DNA of 64,000 nt from Psammoneis japonica (lineage: Eukaryota): positions 248,001 through 312,000 of the forward strand of contig QPGO01000061.1 of NCBI GenBank assembly GCA_008632985.1, in the 5' to 3' direction. Within the stretch, counting starts at the first letter, position 1. Each line of letters begins with the position of its first letter. Of this stretch, positions 1-13,009 are shown piece by piece. The notes beneath the pieces were generated by a model. That model had not been told where the DNA came from, did not search any database, and saw nothing but the letters and a program-made list of their open reading frames with translations. The translations under genes and the position numbers were made by a program.

Positions 1-2306
1 TTGCACTGAATGGCAAACTCGGCAACTTGGACTGGGAAGCTCTCCTTCGCAATCTTCAAGTCGATCCAAGTAGCACTTCCATCCTTCCATTGAAACAAGA
101 GTTCCCATCCTTTGGCAGTCTTGCGCCTCTTCCGAATGCCTTGCTCGGTCTCAAAGAACTCGGATTCAGGAACGTCCCCGTTGGTGCGGCAATCAACGAT
201 CTCGTCAAATGAGACATGCCGGTTTCCGTCCTTGTCGATCTGAGCAAACATGTTCATGGCGATGGAGTTAGCAGAGAGTGCAGCATGGTGCCCATCAGGG
301 TGCTCTGCCTCATGCATCCTTGCATCAAGGATGGGATTGTCATTGGCTGTTCCTGTCGGAATGCCATTGGCATCTCTCAACCTCTTCGTGACACGAGCAC
401 ACTCAGGACCATCATCATCTCTTGGAAGCGCAACTTCCATGTTAAGGTGTCCCCAGTCCGCCGCCTCCGGTGAGGCTTCCTTGTCTTTCTTGTCGTCATC
501 GTCATTTGTTGCCTCCTCTGAGGATGTGACACGATCACACTCATCGAGGAATTCATCGTCGTATCCAAGGCAGTCTTTCCAGTCTTTGGGACTGATCTTG
601 CGATCCTCGTCATCGGGGAAGTCTTGCTCCTTCAACCGGCGCTTGATCTCCTCGTCAAAACTGTCAAACTTCGCCTTTTTCTCTTGAGTGGCGGCTTCTA
701 AATTGGTGACTCGTTGAACAGAAGTTCTCGAAATGACACTGCCTGTCTGTGTCAAAACGTAACACGACATGAGACTCCCTGTTCTGTGAGACACACCAAG
801 CCACCCGCCGAGCTTCTCGTCCCCTGGACCGGCATTCTCCCTGTGCCAGACCCAATCATAAAATCCAAAGTCAAGGCACTCCGAGATGTCCACGGTCTCT
901 CCGAGAACGTTCTCCAGTGGTGCTCCAGCATCCAAATGATGTGCTCTAAGGAACGTGTGAGACATGGTCTCACATGTCCATGTAAATCCGCAGTCCCACA
1001 GTCGCCGCGGTGCTTGCTTCTTGACCATGATGCGGAACCACTTGCGTCCAACCTCACGTACAACCCCTTCTGCAGGATTCTGGTTGTGTCGATCGGGTTC
1101 GATGATGTGACAATCTGTGCCCTCCTTGCGCACGGTCTTCACGAACTCCGTGCCAGGTTTTGTTTGCTCCTTAGATCCATCCATCAGGAGTTTCTCTGGC
1201 ACGCCAAATTCCTGGCAAAACATCTTGAGAGCCTCACCAGCCTTGCTCTTCTTGTCCATGGGATAAATCGCAGCAAAGCATTGCTTGTTTGTAAAGATCT
1301 GGGCATGTCGATTGCCCTCTGGCGAAACCACCTTGCCATCAACCGTGTCGGTTGCCCATTCACCCCGTAACCTGGGCTTCGTGAACATCCGATCGGCCCG
1401 ATGGCATCAACCCATTGGCATCAACGCTGACCTGATGAGCTTTTGCGCAGTCTTCTTGAGCATGCTTGCTGCTTGCTTGAGTCCTGTGCACCATCGTTCA
1501 CTTGAGTCAGCAACCGACACATCACTGTGTCTCTCCTTGGACATGAATGTCTTCGGGAGTGCCAAGTCTTCAGGTCCTTCGCCGACAGTTTCCGTGGCAG
1601 AGATCTGGACTGTTGGCTCCGATTCCACATTAACGGCGGCTGTGAGCCTTGATTGGACTTGATCGACTCCACAAATGAATTGCTCATTGCAACAGTCCCC
1701 GGACTGAGGGTTGCTGCAGGCAGGATCAGCTTTGAACTCGTGTGTCAGATTGGCGTGGATCGTCGCAATTGACCGAACTAGCTCCATTTCCTCCTCCGCA
1801 GATCGTCGAGTTCCAATGGATTTGAACTCAACGGTCTGTGGATCCCAAGGTTGTTGGGAGGTCATCTGGATCTTGGGGCATTCGTGCAATTCCTGCTCTG
1901 CAGGAGTGCGAGTTGCCGCAACAATGTTGGTTCCCACAGCTTCAAGCGGCATCATGAAAGATCTGTCCTCTGTGAGGATGTGCAGTGGCGAATCGGAGCA
2001 GGGGTTGTCCTGAACCTTAACACCAAAGTGCCGCAGCTGGTTTGGGTCAACCAGTGAGTGCTCCATGGACTCCGGCATCCATGAGCCCTCGTGGAAGACC
2101 AGAATGAAAGTTGCTCCCAATGTCGGTGACGTCCACGCCGTGGCTGCCGAGACAATTGGGACACTCTTGATGGACTCGCATCCCTCGTTAAAAGGCGGTG
2201 CATCACATTCTCGTCCAGAACAACCTGAGAGGGTAAAGTTTTGACCAAAAACAGTGGTGTCAGCATGCGAATCCATTTCAAGGTGTCCATGCTGTGCCTT
2301 GCTCAT
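1..2306 (-). pseudogene. Degenerate pol (protease-integrase portion) of copia element
   Basis: DSHADT protease motif, NQLRHFGVKVQDNP and integrase motifs. The frame is broken near 1407 and Tyr is replaced by Cys/His at conserved positions. Confidence 0.8.
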
Positions 2307-2561
2307 GTCACGGATGTGGGTGATTCATGTGGTGTCAGACCGCATTGCCGAGACACGCCTTGTCGAGGCAATGACCTCGCAGATGCGTTCATCCCAGCCA
2401 TGTGGATGCTGCTCCTTTGATTGATGTGGCTGTCCCCCACCCCATTGCAGCAACCACAACAAGAAGTTTATGATGCAACAAAGCAGGGTCCAGCTCAGCA
2501 GTCATTTCTGCTTTCCTCTGCGCTTTTCGCTGCGACCACCGAATGCATCTCCGGCATTGTC

Positions 2562-3929
2562 TCAGTCTTTGCTGCCAGCCCTTGATTCATCGTCGCCAGA
2601 ATCGGCACTGGCATTAGTGTTGAGGGCGGAGATTTTGCGGTTCGCTTCTTTAAGCTGCAACGACAGCTTCCGATTCTTCTTCTTGAGTGACTTAACGGAT
2701 GCAGCACGGCGTTTGGTTGGTTTAGGTTGTTTGGCAATGCCCAGACGCACGCGCTTGTCGACAACCTTCTGTTTGTCCTCCTCACTCAACTGGTGCCAAT
2801 TTTTGTGGTGTCCAGTGTCAATGGATCCATCCTAATTGTAGATGGCACCACCCTCTCTTCCTCCTCCAGAGGCGACTGCGGCAATCGCACGACGATGCGC
2901 AATCGTCTCTGGAAGGGTGGCGACCTTGGCAGCAAGATGATTGGCCGCCGTGGTGAACGTGATGCCTCCTCCAAACTCATTCTGTGCCTTCAAGGTCTTA
3001 ACTGCTGCTTGCAGTGATTGGTGCTGCGTCTTCTCAAAAAGGATCCGTAATTTCTGGGCCTCGGTTTTCGGTTCGTTGTTCTCCTCGAAAATGCCAAACA
3101 TTTCTTGGAGCTTGTTGACAAACGATTCAAACGGCACAGCACGCTCACTCTTGCAATGGAGGGTGTTCTCCATGCGCTTGGCTTCAGAGACACGGCAGGA
3201 GGCATTTCCTTCTCCCTGGCAATGGTCACACAACGCCCCAAAGTCAACTCGTCCGTTCTGCTCATTCTTGTGGTCTTTCAACCATTGCTCACTGGGTGTG
3301 CCCGTGGCAAGGGACTCGATGAGCAAATGGGCCGTACGAGTGTCAGCCTCGAAAGCTGGGCCTTGGAGGGGTGCACATGCAATGCACTTCTGGACAAAAG
3401 TGTTGTGGCCTTGGGGTTCGGGTGCATCATTTTGACGTGTGCAACACACTGACGGCACGCCAGAGACTCCTGGCACAATGCCAAGCATGTTCGTCAAGCC
3501 GGTGCTCCACTTGACCCAATCCTTTTCGCTCTCTAACATCCCGGGTGACGCCTCTTTGCTGAGAGAGTCAGCAGTGGTCTTGGTCTGGGAACGGATCTTG
3601 GCACGACTGAGTGCCGTCTGGAGAGCAGCATGGAAAGTTGCCTGGTCAAGCCCATCCAGAGCAGGGTTCTCGCTCACACGACCAAAGTCCTGCACCCAAT
3701 GGACAAGAGCTTTGAGTCGACGACTGCGGGCCAAACCAAAATGAATGCGCCCTTCAGCAACCGTCCTCCTGGCGCATGATGACGCAAGAGAATCGACGTC
3801 CTCTTCCTTGAGGTCTTCCAGATCGTCAAAAGACGCAAAGTCCGCCATGAGCGAGACTCGTTGAGCTGGACCAACAAATCCGATCCATTCGAGTGCTGTC
3901 TCGATGGGATCCAGAGGAGCAGCCGCCAT
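2562..3929 (-). pseudogene. Degenerate gag of copia element
   Basis: ORF 2832-3929 (LKALVHWVQD, GEGNA, FTTAANHL) continues in frame past an internal TAG at 2832 into ORF 2562-2789. Confidence 0.75.
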
Positions 3930-4224
3930 GGTGGCACCTGTGCCAGCAGGAAAACAGAGTCATGTGAGAAATCACAAATTAAAAATGATGTCTCGGTCTG
4001 TGTTGACGACAACACATGGCCGTTGGAAGCATGGAGACTGGCCATGTCTCCTCACTGCTTGTGCACTCACTGATGCCAGGCGACGTCAATTGTCATGCAC
4101 CCTCCAATCGACCGGCATTCGTCGTCGTGACCCTGCCACATTGGTGTGATCATCTCTTCACAGTTGTTCAATGCTTTTCGTCAAACTGAACCTGAGTTGA
4201 CGACTTGGCTCTGACAAAGCGAGT

Positions 4225-4456
4225 AAATCTAGCTGCCGAATGGGCTCAGCCACTCACAGTCTTAGCACGACAGCGCGAATGCAACCGATAAGATGCTTCT
4301 AGGCCTGTTGCAACTACAACAACAGATGCAACAAGTGAAAACCATTCCGTGGTCATCGGCATTTTGGTCCGCACACCAGTCATAGTTTCTCCACAGCACC
4401 TCCTAGAGCACACCAGACAGTCCCTGATACATCGGATCACTCGGGCCTAAATGCAC
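4225..4456 (-). repeat. Putative 5' LTR of the left copia element
   Basis: Lies upstream of gag and begins TGTGCA on the minus strand at 4456. The partner LTR is outside the window, so the boundaries are unverified. Confidence 0.35.
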
Positions 4457-4573
4457 AAAAAAGTCAGCGTTGAGCGTTGATTTCACTCGCCAACGTCAAA
4501 GTTAGTTGTACAGTACAGTACTGTACAGTGCTACACAGCATGCCTCTTGTTCTGCGATCATTTTAACATCCGT

Positions 4574-6026
4574 ACAAGCTAAATAAATACGTCAGCGTTG
4601 AGCGTTGATTTCACTCGCCGTCGCCGAACGTCAAAGTTCCGTCGCCACTTTTTCAGTTCGCGTACTAGAGTATGTCCACTTTTCATGCGATTTTCCCGTC
4701 ACAAAAGCATTAGTTATGTGTTAAAAGGGACGGCATACAGCCTACGAACCTTTTTGCATTGAAATTTGCGATCCTTGAAGACTTTTCGTGAGCAGTGCCA
4801 AACTCTTGGAACAGTGCAGCAGCGCCGGGTGAACCGAATGGCACTGGCGATCGTCATTGTGGACTAGCGGCATTCACGCCAAGACCGCGAAAAAGAGGCT
4901 ATAGAACAATTCAGCATCAAAAAGTAAGTGCACAACATCACAGAGGCAATGAAGTTACTCCCAACCGCTGTCGCTGGGCTTGTGATGTCAGTTTTGTTGT
5001 CATTTTCGGCAACCGCAAAAAAGTTAAGAACAAATAAATATGACGGCTACAAAGAACTACTCGCAGCAGACGATGAGGCATATTGGTCAAGACTTTTGAG
5101 AAACATGGAAAGCATGAGCAGTCCTGTGTCGAACCCCCCCGGTATTCCCGAGGAAGCAGAATGCGTTGTAGACGAGGATTGCATTCCAGAGTTTCCTCCT
5201 ACACCTTCTCCTACACCTCCTCCTACGCCGGTCACTCCGGCACCGTCTCCGGATTGTAGCATAAATGAGGATTGCGCGAGATGTGAATCGAATCAAGATT
5301 GTGCTTATCTTAATAGTGGTAACGAAAACATCTGGTTTTGCGGAGAGTTTGTGGAGCCACTGGGTTATCGCGCATGTACTGCTGAGGCAGGTGGGGGGCC
5401 CACCCGTTACGAATGCACAGATGGCATGTGTGATGAAAACAAACCAATTGCAATTCGATGTTGCAAGATTGATTGCAGCGATACGTCACGACCGGGCAGA
5501 AGATGCAAGTAATCCTCGTGTTGCCAAAATGTGGAATGCCCGATTCGATGTGGGAAAGAATTTGGACCACGGTAATGTATTTTCCATCTTTGCGATCCCT
5601 TGCTAGCACGAACTAGAGATCCATCACTTCTTTTATTCAATGCAATATCTAACTTAAAGCAATTGAAAGAGTCGATTTGCTTGCTCTCGTAAATGCCCAT
5701 ACTTCTCGGATCACCCTCTATCTAGGCTTCAACAGTTCCCAGCATTGTAAAAGCGTCCTTCGCCTCTGGCAAACATGATTTATGCACAGCTTCATAGTTT
5801 TGAAGACAGGCACACAGTGGACGGCTCCTACCGAATACTGTAGAAATATGGATCTCCCATCATTTGGCTGTAATAATCCCATTTCAACTTTGCATCCAAA
5901 GTCGTTGCTCGCTCCGCAACCAAGGCACATCAGCTGCCACCCACAAACGATTCAATTCCGCTTGGCGGAGTTAACTCTTTGTGGAGGCCACATAGAAACT
6001 GATTGCTTTGTCGTTTTTCATGGAAC
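4574..6026 (+). repeat. Segmental duplication copy 1 (~1.45 kb)
   Basis: Near-identical to 8392-9835 from AAATAAATACGTCAGCGTTGAGCG to GTCGTTTTTCATGGAAC. Confidence 0.95.
4949..5512 (+). CDS. Secreted Cys/Pro-rich protein, copy 1 (premature stop relative to copy 2)
   Basis: Signal peptide MKLLPTAVAGLVMSVLLSFSATA, a WSRLLRNMESMSS motif, a PT-rich linker and a Cys-rich C-terminus. TAA at 5510 corresponds to TAC in copy 2; the homologous stop is at 5573-5575. Confidence 0.75.
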   Translation: MKLLPTAVAGLVMSVLLSFSATAKKLRTNKYDGYKELLAADDEAYWSRLLRNMESMSSPVSNPPGIPEEAECVVDEDCIPEFPPTPSPTPPPTPVTPAPSPDCSINEDCARCESNQDCAYLNSGNENIWFCGEFVEPLGYRACTAEAGGGPTRYECTDGMCDENKPIAIRCCKIDCSDTSRPGRRCK

Positions 6027-6029
6027 GCA

Positions 6030-7700
6030 GAATCGACTTGGGTCTTGGTCGGGACTCAATCACTGCTGCTCGAGTCCCACGAGCTCCCCGCTCTCGAACA
6101 TCCTCCTTGATTGTTTCGACCATGACGAACCCTTCATGCCAGGGTGTGAAGTCTCTGGCAACTTCTTGTGTGTCTCAATCTTGGGTGCTGACTCCCCAAA
6201 CAGAGTCACAAATGCCAGTCGACCCAAGCTCCAAAGGCAACCTCAACTTCAGTGGATGACATCACCGCCACTTCGAAGCACCCCACCAGAGTCTGTCAAG
6301 CACCTTCCAACTCTGCTTGGCTTGACTCAACAAATGCATTGTGGGTGCTTTTGTGGTGCTTTCACAGTCTGGCAACACCTTTTTGTTGGCACAGCAAAAA
6401 ACACAATCTTCCCAACAAAAGCACAGCATCTGAGTTGGTCAGCGAGCTTGCAGCCAGACTCTGCTTTCAACTGTCAAAGTCTCACCCAGTGCTCCAGGTG
6501 TCTCATGATTCTTGACTTTGGTCTTTCCAGGGTGCAGCTTTGGCTCTGCTGTCATCTTGTTGATGTGCTCTTCCATGGATCAAGTGAGCACAGCCTGCCC
6601 TCATTTGTCTCTTGAGCCTGCAATCAGCTCCAAGACATGCGCTGATTCCTCTGTTTTCTGGGATCTTGTCTTTCTTTGCTGCACAGTCCTTCAGCTGCCC
6701 AACCACATTGGGCCTCCCACAGATGAGTCCATCATCAACATGCACCAGCACTGGTGCTTTTAACCTGCCACTTTTGCTGCAACAACGCAGCACCCAAGGG
6801 TCAGCCTTGCTCTGATGCCACCCCAACTTTCACCCCAGTCCATGGCAACAAAGAAGTTGGCATGAGTGGATGCCTCACTTTGATGTTGTGCTGGCCATCT
6901 CAGCCAGCTTGGTCAATCATCAAGATGTGGCTCTCACTGTGGCATGTTTTGTGTGCATCTGGGCAAACTTGCAAAAACAATGTGTGAGCATGTGCATGAC
7001 TTCATGCTGTTGCAAGATTGCCTCCATTTCTGATGGCAGTCATTTTTGTCATTCATTGTCTGGTGCTTTTCACAAAGAGCTTTCAACAGTGTGACACACC
7101 AGTGCCTCGGGCCTCCCACAGATGAGCCGCCGCCAACACATGGTGCCAGCGGTGCTCTGCTGGTGATGGCACCTCCAACTTGCCATTTTCTTGTTGTGAT
7201 GACACAATGCACTGGTCCATGGGAACAAAGAAGTTGATGGCATGTGAGTGGGTGTGCTTCACTTCATTGTTTTGTGCTGGCTGTTGGCCAGCTTGATGCT
7301 CAAGCAAAACTTCAAGGTGGCATGTGGGGAGTTGGGCAGGAGAATGAGGTGATGGAGACAAATGGACAGCAGCAAAATTGCTGGGGTGCCAGCTGGGAAG
7401 CCACAGCAAAAGAACAAACTCTTCAGCATTGCAAAAAACATGTTGATCATGAGCGATGAGTGCGCGCAAAAGCAAGGCTTGTTCTGACCTCACATTTGCC
7501 CAGGGAGACTGACAACATTGTGCCACCTCCCTGGGCAGCATCTTGCTCCATGCATCCAAGTGCCAATGTGGACAACATGAAATCATCATGGAAAAGCCAT
7601 CCATCCAACAAGTGCAACACTGACATCACCTGTCATGCCGTCTCATGCAAAACACGTCAAAACAAAAAAGCAGTGTCAAGAGACCTCCAACAGGGTTGCT
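6030..7700 (-). mobile_element. Highly degenerate copia RT/RNase H relic
   Basis: ORF 6503-6826 reads GWHQSKADPW...VLVHVDDGLICG (copia RT YVDD motif with Y->H). The region is TpA- and CpG-depleted, with an internal diverged duplication (~6700-6920 vs ~7095-7300). Confidence 0.6.
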
Positions 7701-8391
7701 TCTTTTCTGTCACTCTCAGTCTCCTGCAACCATCATTTGCAGTGCACTGCCACCACATCAAACTTAAAAACAATTGAAACAGTCAATCCATCATGGGGGG
7801 GCAAGTCCGGTGCAATTTTGTGGACAGTGCGAGAATCAACGAGAGAGAGAGAGCAGAAGTTGTGTGATGCATCCAGCAATTTTGCACGCACCCAGACCCC
7901 ACGTGCACACACACAACAACAGAGATGTCACAACACAATGGTTGAAATGGCACACTGAATCATGAAATGTCTCAAAAAGAGATGGCGAAAAGGTGTCATT
8001 TTTTCTGCACAACAAGAGCCACAGTTTGATGCCTCCAACACCCAGCGAGAGTGTAAAAAAGTTAATGCTGACCTTTCGAGATGTGTTCGAAAAATCCTGT
8101 TTTTCATTTGGGGTTAGGTTTAGCTGTGAGGCGACTTCGGGCATCATGTTGCCATTCGACCACTGACAACACGGCTGACGAGGAGAAGCACAGCCATGTG
8201 GCTGGACCGACACACGACGAGCGATTACAGCGCCGTAACACAGTATCCGGACAAAACCTATAAACAATGTTCAAGCATGTATGACTATACTGTCGTGGAA
8301 TTGCCCCTTTTTCTGTTGGCGATCATACGAAACAGTCATTATCTTATGTATACTTTTCATAAAGAGCATTCAACAAAATATGACACATTCT

Positions 8392-9835
8392 CACAAGTTA
8401 AATAAATACGTCAGCGTTGAGCGTTGAGTTTCACTCACCGTCGCCGATAACGTCAAATTTCCGTCGCCACTTTTTCAGTTCGCGTACAGTACTAGAGAGA
8501 GTATGTCCACTTTTCATGCGATTTTCCCGTCACAAAAGCATTAGTTATGTGTTAAGCAACCTACGAACCTTTTTGCATTGAAATTTGCGATCCTTGAAGA
8601 CTTTTCGTGAGCAGTGCCAAACTCTTGGAACAGTGCAGCAGCGCCGGGTGAACCGAATGGCACTGGCGATCGTCATTGTGGACTAGCGGCATTCAGACCA
8701 AGACCGCGAAAAAGAGGCTATAGAACAATTCAGCATCAAAAAGTAAGTGCACAACATCACAGAGGCAATGAAGTTACTCCCAACCGCTGTCGCTGGGCTT
8801 GTGATGTCAGTTTTGTTGTCATTTTCGGCAACCGCAAAAAAGTTAAGAACAAATAAATATGACGGCTACAAAGAGCTACTCGCAGCAGACGATGAGGCAT
8901 ATTGCTCAAGACTTTTGAGAAACATGGAAAGCATGAGCAGTCCTGTAACAGGTATTCCCGAGGAAGCAGAATGCGTTGTAGACGAGGATTGCATTCCAGA
9001 GTTTCCTCCAACACCTACTCCTGCGCCTGCCACTCCGGCACCGTCTCCGGATTGTGATTTAAATGAAGATTGCGCAAGATGTGAATCGTTTGAAGATTGT
9101 GCTTATCTTGATAGAGACTTTAATCCAGAAACACGTCTCATCACAGTCGGGCAATGCGGAGAGTTTGTGGAGCCACTGGGTTATCGCGTATGCACTGCTC
9201 TAGAAGTCGGGGTCACCGAATACTTCTGCAAAATAGATGGCACTTGTGGTGAAATCCAAGCAGGCCCCGGGGATTGTTGCAAGATTGATTGCAGCGATAC
9301 GTCACAACCCGGAAGAAAATGCAAGTACTCCAGGTGTTGCAGAAATGTGAAATGCCCGATTCGATGTGGGAGAGAATTTGGACCACGGTAATGTATTTTC
9401 TACTTTTGAGATCCCTTGCTAGCACGAACTAGGGATCCATCACTTCTTTTATTCAATGCAATATCTGATTTTAATCATTTCATAAAGTCGATTTGCTTGC
9501 TCTCGTAAATACCCATACTTCGCGGATCACCCTCTAGGCTTCAATAGTTCCCAACATTGTAAAAGCGTCCTTCGCCTCTGGCAAACATTATTTATGCACA
9601 GCGCTTCATAGTTTTGAAGACACACAGTGGACGGCTCCTACCGAATACTGTAGAAATATGGATCTCCCATCATTTGGCTGTAATAATCCCATTTCAACTT
9701 TGCATCCAAAGTCGTTGCTCGCTCCGCAACCAAGGCAAATCAGCTGCCACCCACAACGATTCAATTCCGCTTGGCGGAGTTAACTCTTTGTGGAGGCCAC
9801 ATAGAAACTGATTGCTTTGTCGTTTTTCATGGAAC
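8392..9835 (+). repeat. Segmental duplication copy 2
   Basis: Near-identical to 4574-6026 outside the central coding segment. Confidence 0.95.
8768..9391 (+). CDS. Secreted Cys/Pro-rich protein, copy 2 (full length)
   Basis: Same signal peptide and RLL/SMS motif as copy 1, with a complete C-terminus ...CCRNVKCPIRCGREFGPR. Confidence 0.8.
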   Translation: MKLLPTAVAGLVMSVLLSFSATAKKLRTNKYDGYKELLAADDEAYCSRLLRNMESMSSPVTGIPEEAECVVDEDCIPEFPPTPTPAPATPAPSPDCDLNEDCARCESFEDCAYLDRDFNPETRLITVGQCGEFVEPLGYRVCTALEVGVTEYFCKIDGTCGEIQAGPGDCCKIDCSDTSQPGRKCKYSRCCRNVKCPIRCGREFGPR

Positions 9836-10226
9836 AAAGGGGTGTAGGCCACAGCAAGCATGGTGTGAGCACTTGCGAGAGATGGAGGTTGAGCCAATTG
9901 AGAACCCGACCGCCAATCACATGGGTGCCGCGAAAATTTCAAAACGCATAGTAGGTTTGCTGCCAAGCCAAACATAACGCGTCCACACAACATGCCGGCA
10001 ATCATTTCAACAGAAGCTCCTTCTACTATCGTAACGACCTGTAACACAAAGTCGCATTTGGAGATCCGAAACATTGAACTTTGCTCGCCCTAGAGTAGAT
10101 TTCATAAATCTACTGCAATCGCGTAGCACACAAAAAAGAAGAACCATGATATCCTCGTCTTCACCACTACGTAAACCCAGCATTATACTACTACACACAT
10201 TATATTCTTTCTCTCCAAAACGATTA

Positions 10227-12837
10227 CTAGAATCCCTTGAAAACGGCTTGATCCTTGGCCGACAGGGGCGGATCCTTTTGTTTGGTCTTGTCCTTGAGGT
10301 GTTCCCACGAATCAAAGTTGGACGAATCGAGCGGATCCTTGATTTTGGGTTTCCACGGTGCCGCGACTTGACGTCTCCTGTAGGCATCAAAGTCCAACGA
10401 TTCAAACCACTTGTGGGCAAAAATTTCTTTAATACCCTTGGCGAGCGATCCGAGACGATGATGAGGATCCTTCACGAGGAATTGACGGACAATGGAGTCG
10501 GCCTCGGCCGACATGACGCGCTTCGGTGGGGCATCAAACTTGGCATTGATAATGGCTCGAAAGAGTTCCATTTGTTCCATGCCGTCCTGATAAAACGGCG
10601 TGTAGCCAGTGATCATTTCGAAAATCAAAACACCAAGCGACCAATGATCGACGCCCTTGTCGTGGCCTAAATAGCATAGAGAGAATGGCAAAGCAGTGTA
10701 AGCAGCACTGGAACAGAAAACATTCACAACAATATAGGCAACCATGCAAAACGCACCTCGATTGAGAATCACTTCGGGCGCAATGTACAAGGGCGTCCCA
10801 CAGAGCGTAAAAGTCTTGCCTCTCACCACCTTGGCTGTGTGCAAATTACACGAGCACAACTCGAAATGTGAGACACTCTATATTACAAGACACACACAAC
10901 TCTCTCCATATTTTATAGTTCTCTCACCAAATCCCAAATCAATAATGACGGGATATCCGTCCTTATCGACAAGTACATTTTCGGGCTTCAAATCGCGATA
11001 CAAAATGTGTCGACGGTGCATGTAGCTCAATCCCTCGAGGATACCCGCGGCATAGAATTTGGCACTGCTCTCGGGTACACCGTCACGTTTGGACGTGTGT
11101 AAAACGGAATACAATTCTCCACCCTGTACCAATTTGAGCAAGATATAAATCAATGCTGGATCTTGAAAGGATGCCATCATTTTGATGATAAAGGGTGAAT
11201 CCAATTTTTGCATGATATTCTTCTCATTCACGACACCCTTGGCTTGAGATTGTTGGACGAGTTCGTATTTGGATTGAATCTTGAGTGCGTACGGCGTTTT
11301 CTTCTTTTTGTACGTGACCAACCATACTTGTCCAAATGTGCCGGCACCCAAAATGGTGTGCTTGTCGAGTTCCTTGGGTGACGATATATTGTGTAGGGCC
11401 GCCATGCTTGTGCTCGATGTCAAGGACTTGTCCAGACCCAACTTGGTCGTATCCACGACATCGCGTGCTTCCAACAGACGCAATTCACCCAACGTGGCAT
11501 TTTCCAATACCGTAATGGTATACTTGGCCTTGAGAGTCGCATCACCCTGAATGCCACCTTGATCGACCAATAGGGCGTCTTGTCCAACAAATCCACCCTT
11601 GCCAAAGGTCCCTTCGTATTCTTTAAAAGAGTCGGAAGTGACTTGGATTTTCCCCTCTCGCACCAAAAACAATGTCGCCGGGACTTGACGTCCTTCTTGC
11701 AAAAGAGTCGTTCCCTTTTTGTATTTCTTATCGACAATCAAATCGCCAAGGCGACCAATTCGGTCGATTCCAAATGCGAATTCGCAATCGTTTCAATCGA
11801 TCCCAACACACGCTTGTCTTGTGCCTTGAGAACCAACTGAGAGAGTGGTCCCACGACACTTTGAAAGGTATCACCATCGACCGTCCAACACACACCCGCC
11901 GTTTTGCCGTAGACATGGGCCGCACGTGGTTCCTTGGTGACCAGGGCACGTTCACCAAAGTAATCACCGGGACCCAAAACTTGGTTTTGAAATTTGGCAT
12001 CCCCACGGTAATATCCGTGATATCCACGGTTCCCTTGGCAATGATAAAAAAGGCTTCTCCCGCTTGTCCCTTTTTGACCAATGTTCCTTGGCTTCAAACG
12101 AACGGGGACACAATACCTTGGTTAGCTTGTTCAAATCGGCTTCATCCAAATCTTGCAAAAAATCAATTTGTTTTAGTATTTCATGTTTTTCCGTATCGGC
12201 CTTGGTGGTTTCTTGTTGAAGAATAAAACGAAACGTTTCTTGATCCAAACGCCATAGTGTACAGGCGGTTTCCGCAACACACGTTGCGCACGAGGAGACG
12301 TGTAGAGTAAACTGAGTTCCCAAAGGACGATCCCCGCGTGGCATGGCCCACGACCGTCCCATTGACTTGAAATTGGACTTGGCCCTTTTCAATGATATAA
12401 AAGTAATCACCGACATCACCCTGTTCGATAATGATTTTGGATTGTTCGACCGTAATGGCTTCAAAGGCTAAAATCATGGCTTTAGATGAATTTGGATGCA
12501 AAATGACATTTTTCGAAATGGCTTGTTGAATGAATTCTTCTTGTTGCGACGTTTTGGGATAGACGGGAGGTTGGTACGTGGCGGTGAATTGAAGGGGCTT
12601 GGCAAAGACATTTTTCAAATGATGTTTCGGAGGTTGTTGCTGAGAAGCTGATGCAGCAGTTTGTGCAGCAGCAGAAGGAGCAACACGCATGGACATGACT
12701 TGATCGACGGGAGACGATGTCGTTGCTTTTTTCTTAGTAGGCTCTTGTTTTGGCTGTTGCGTAGTATTAGTAGTTGTTGTATGCTGCTGCGTTGTGGCAG
12801 CAGACGTACCCGCGTCGGTGCTACAAAGGTTTCCCAT
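10227..12837 (-). CDS. Cyclic-nucleotide-dependent (PKG/PKA-like) protein kinase with tandem cNMP-binding domains
   Basis: MGNLCS N-terminus (possible myristoylation), cNMP motifs (EQGDVGDYFYII, DYFGERAL..EPRAA), kinase motifs GAGTFGQV, YRDLKPEN, DLGF, CGTPLYIAPE and an AGC tail. Introns at 10835-10927 and 10667-10756. About five single-base deletions between 11740 and 12325. Confidence 0.92.
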
Positions 12838-13009
12838 GGTTTACACAACACACAACACAACCATGAAACTGCGACTGTGATGGTGCTGTGGTGCTGTGAA
12901 AAAGATACCGTACGGCCTGCCTTGGCGGTTGTGTGTGTAAATTCTACGTGAGTTTTAGACTGTGGTAGTTGTCTACGCGGGATACACGTGAAAAAAGATC
13001 TCGGCGTCT

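Larger units (their letters stand above)
1..4456 (-). mobile_element. Ty1/copia (CoDi-like) LTR retrotransposon, 5' part; runs off the window start; hypermutated
   Basis: Gag-like ORF (2832-3929), protease motif LEMDSHADT (ORF 1407-2306), and integrase-region motifs on the minus strand at ~700-1000 (GETVDISECLDFGFYDWVW, WLGVSHRTG, VISRTSVQRVTNLE). The right boundary is approximate. Confidence 0.85.
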
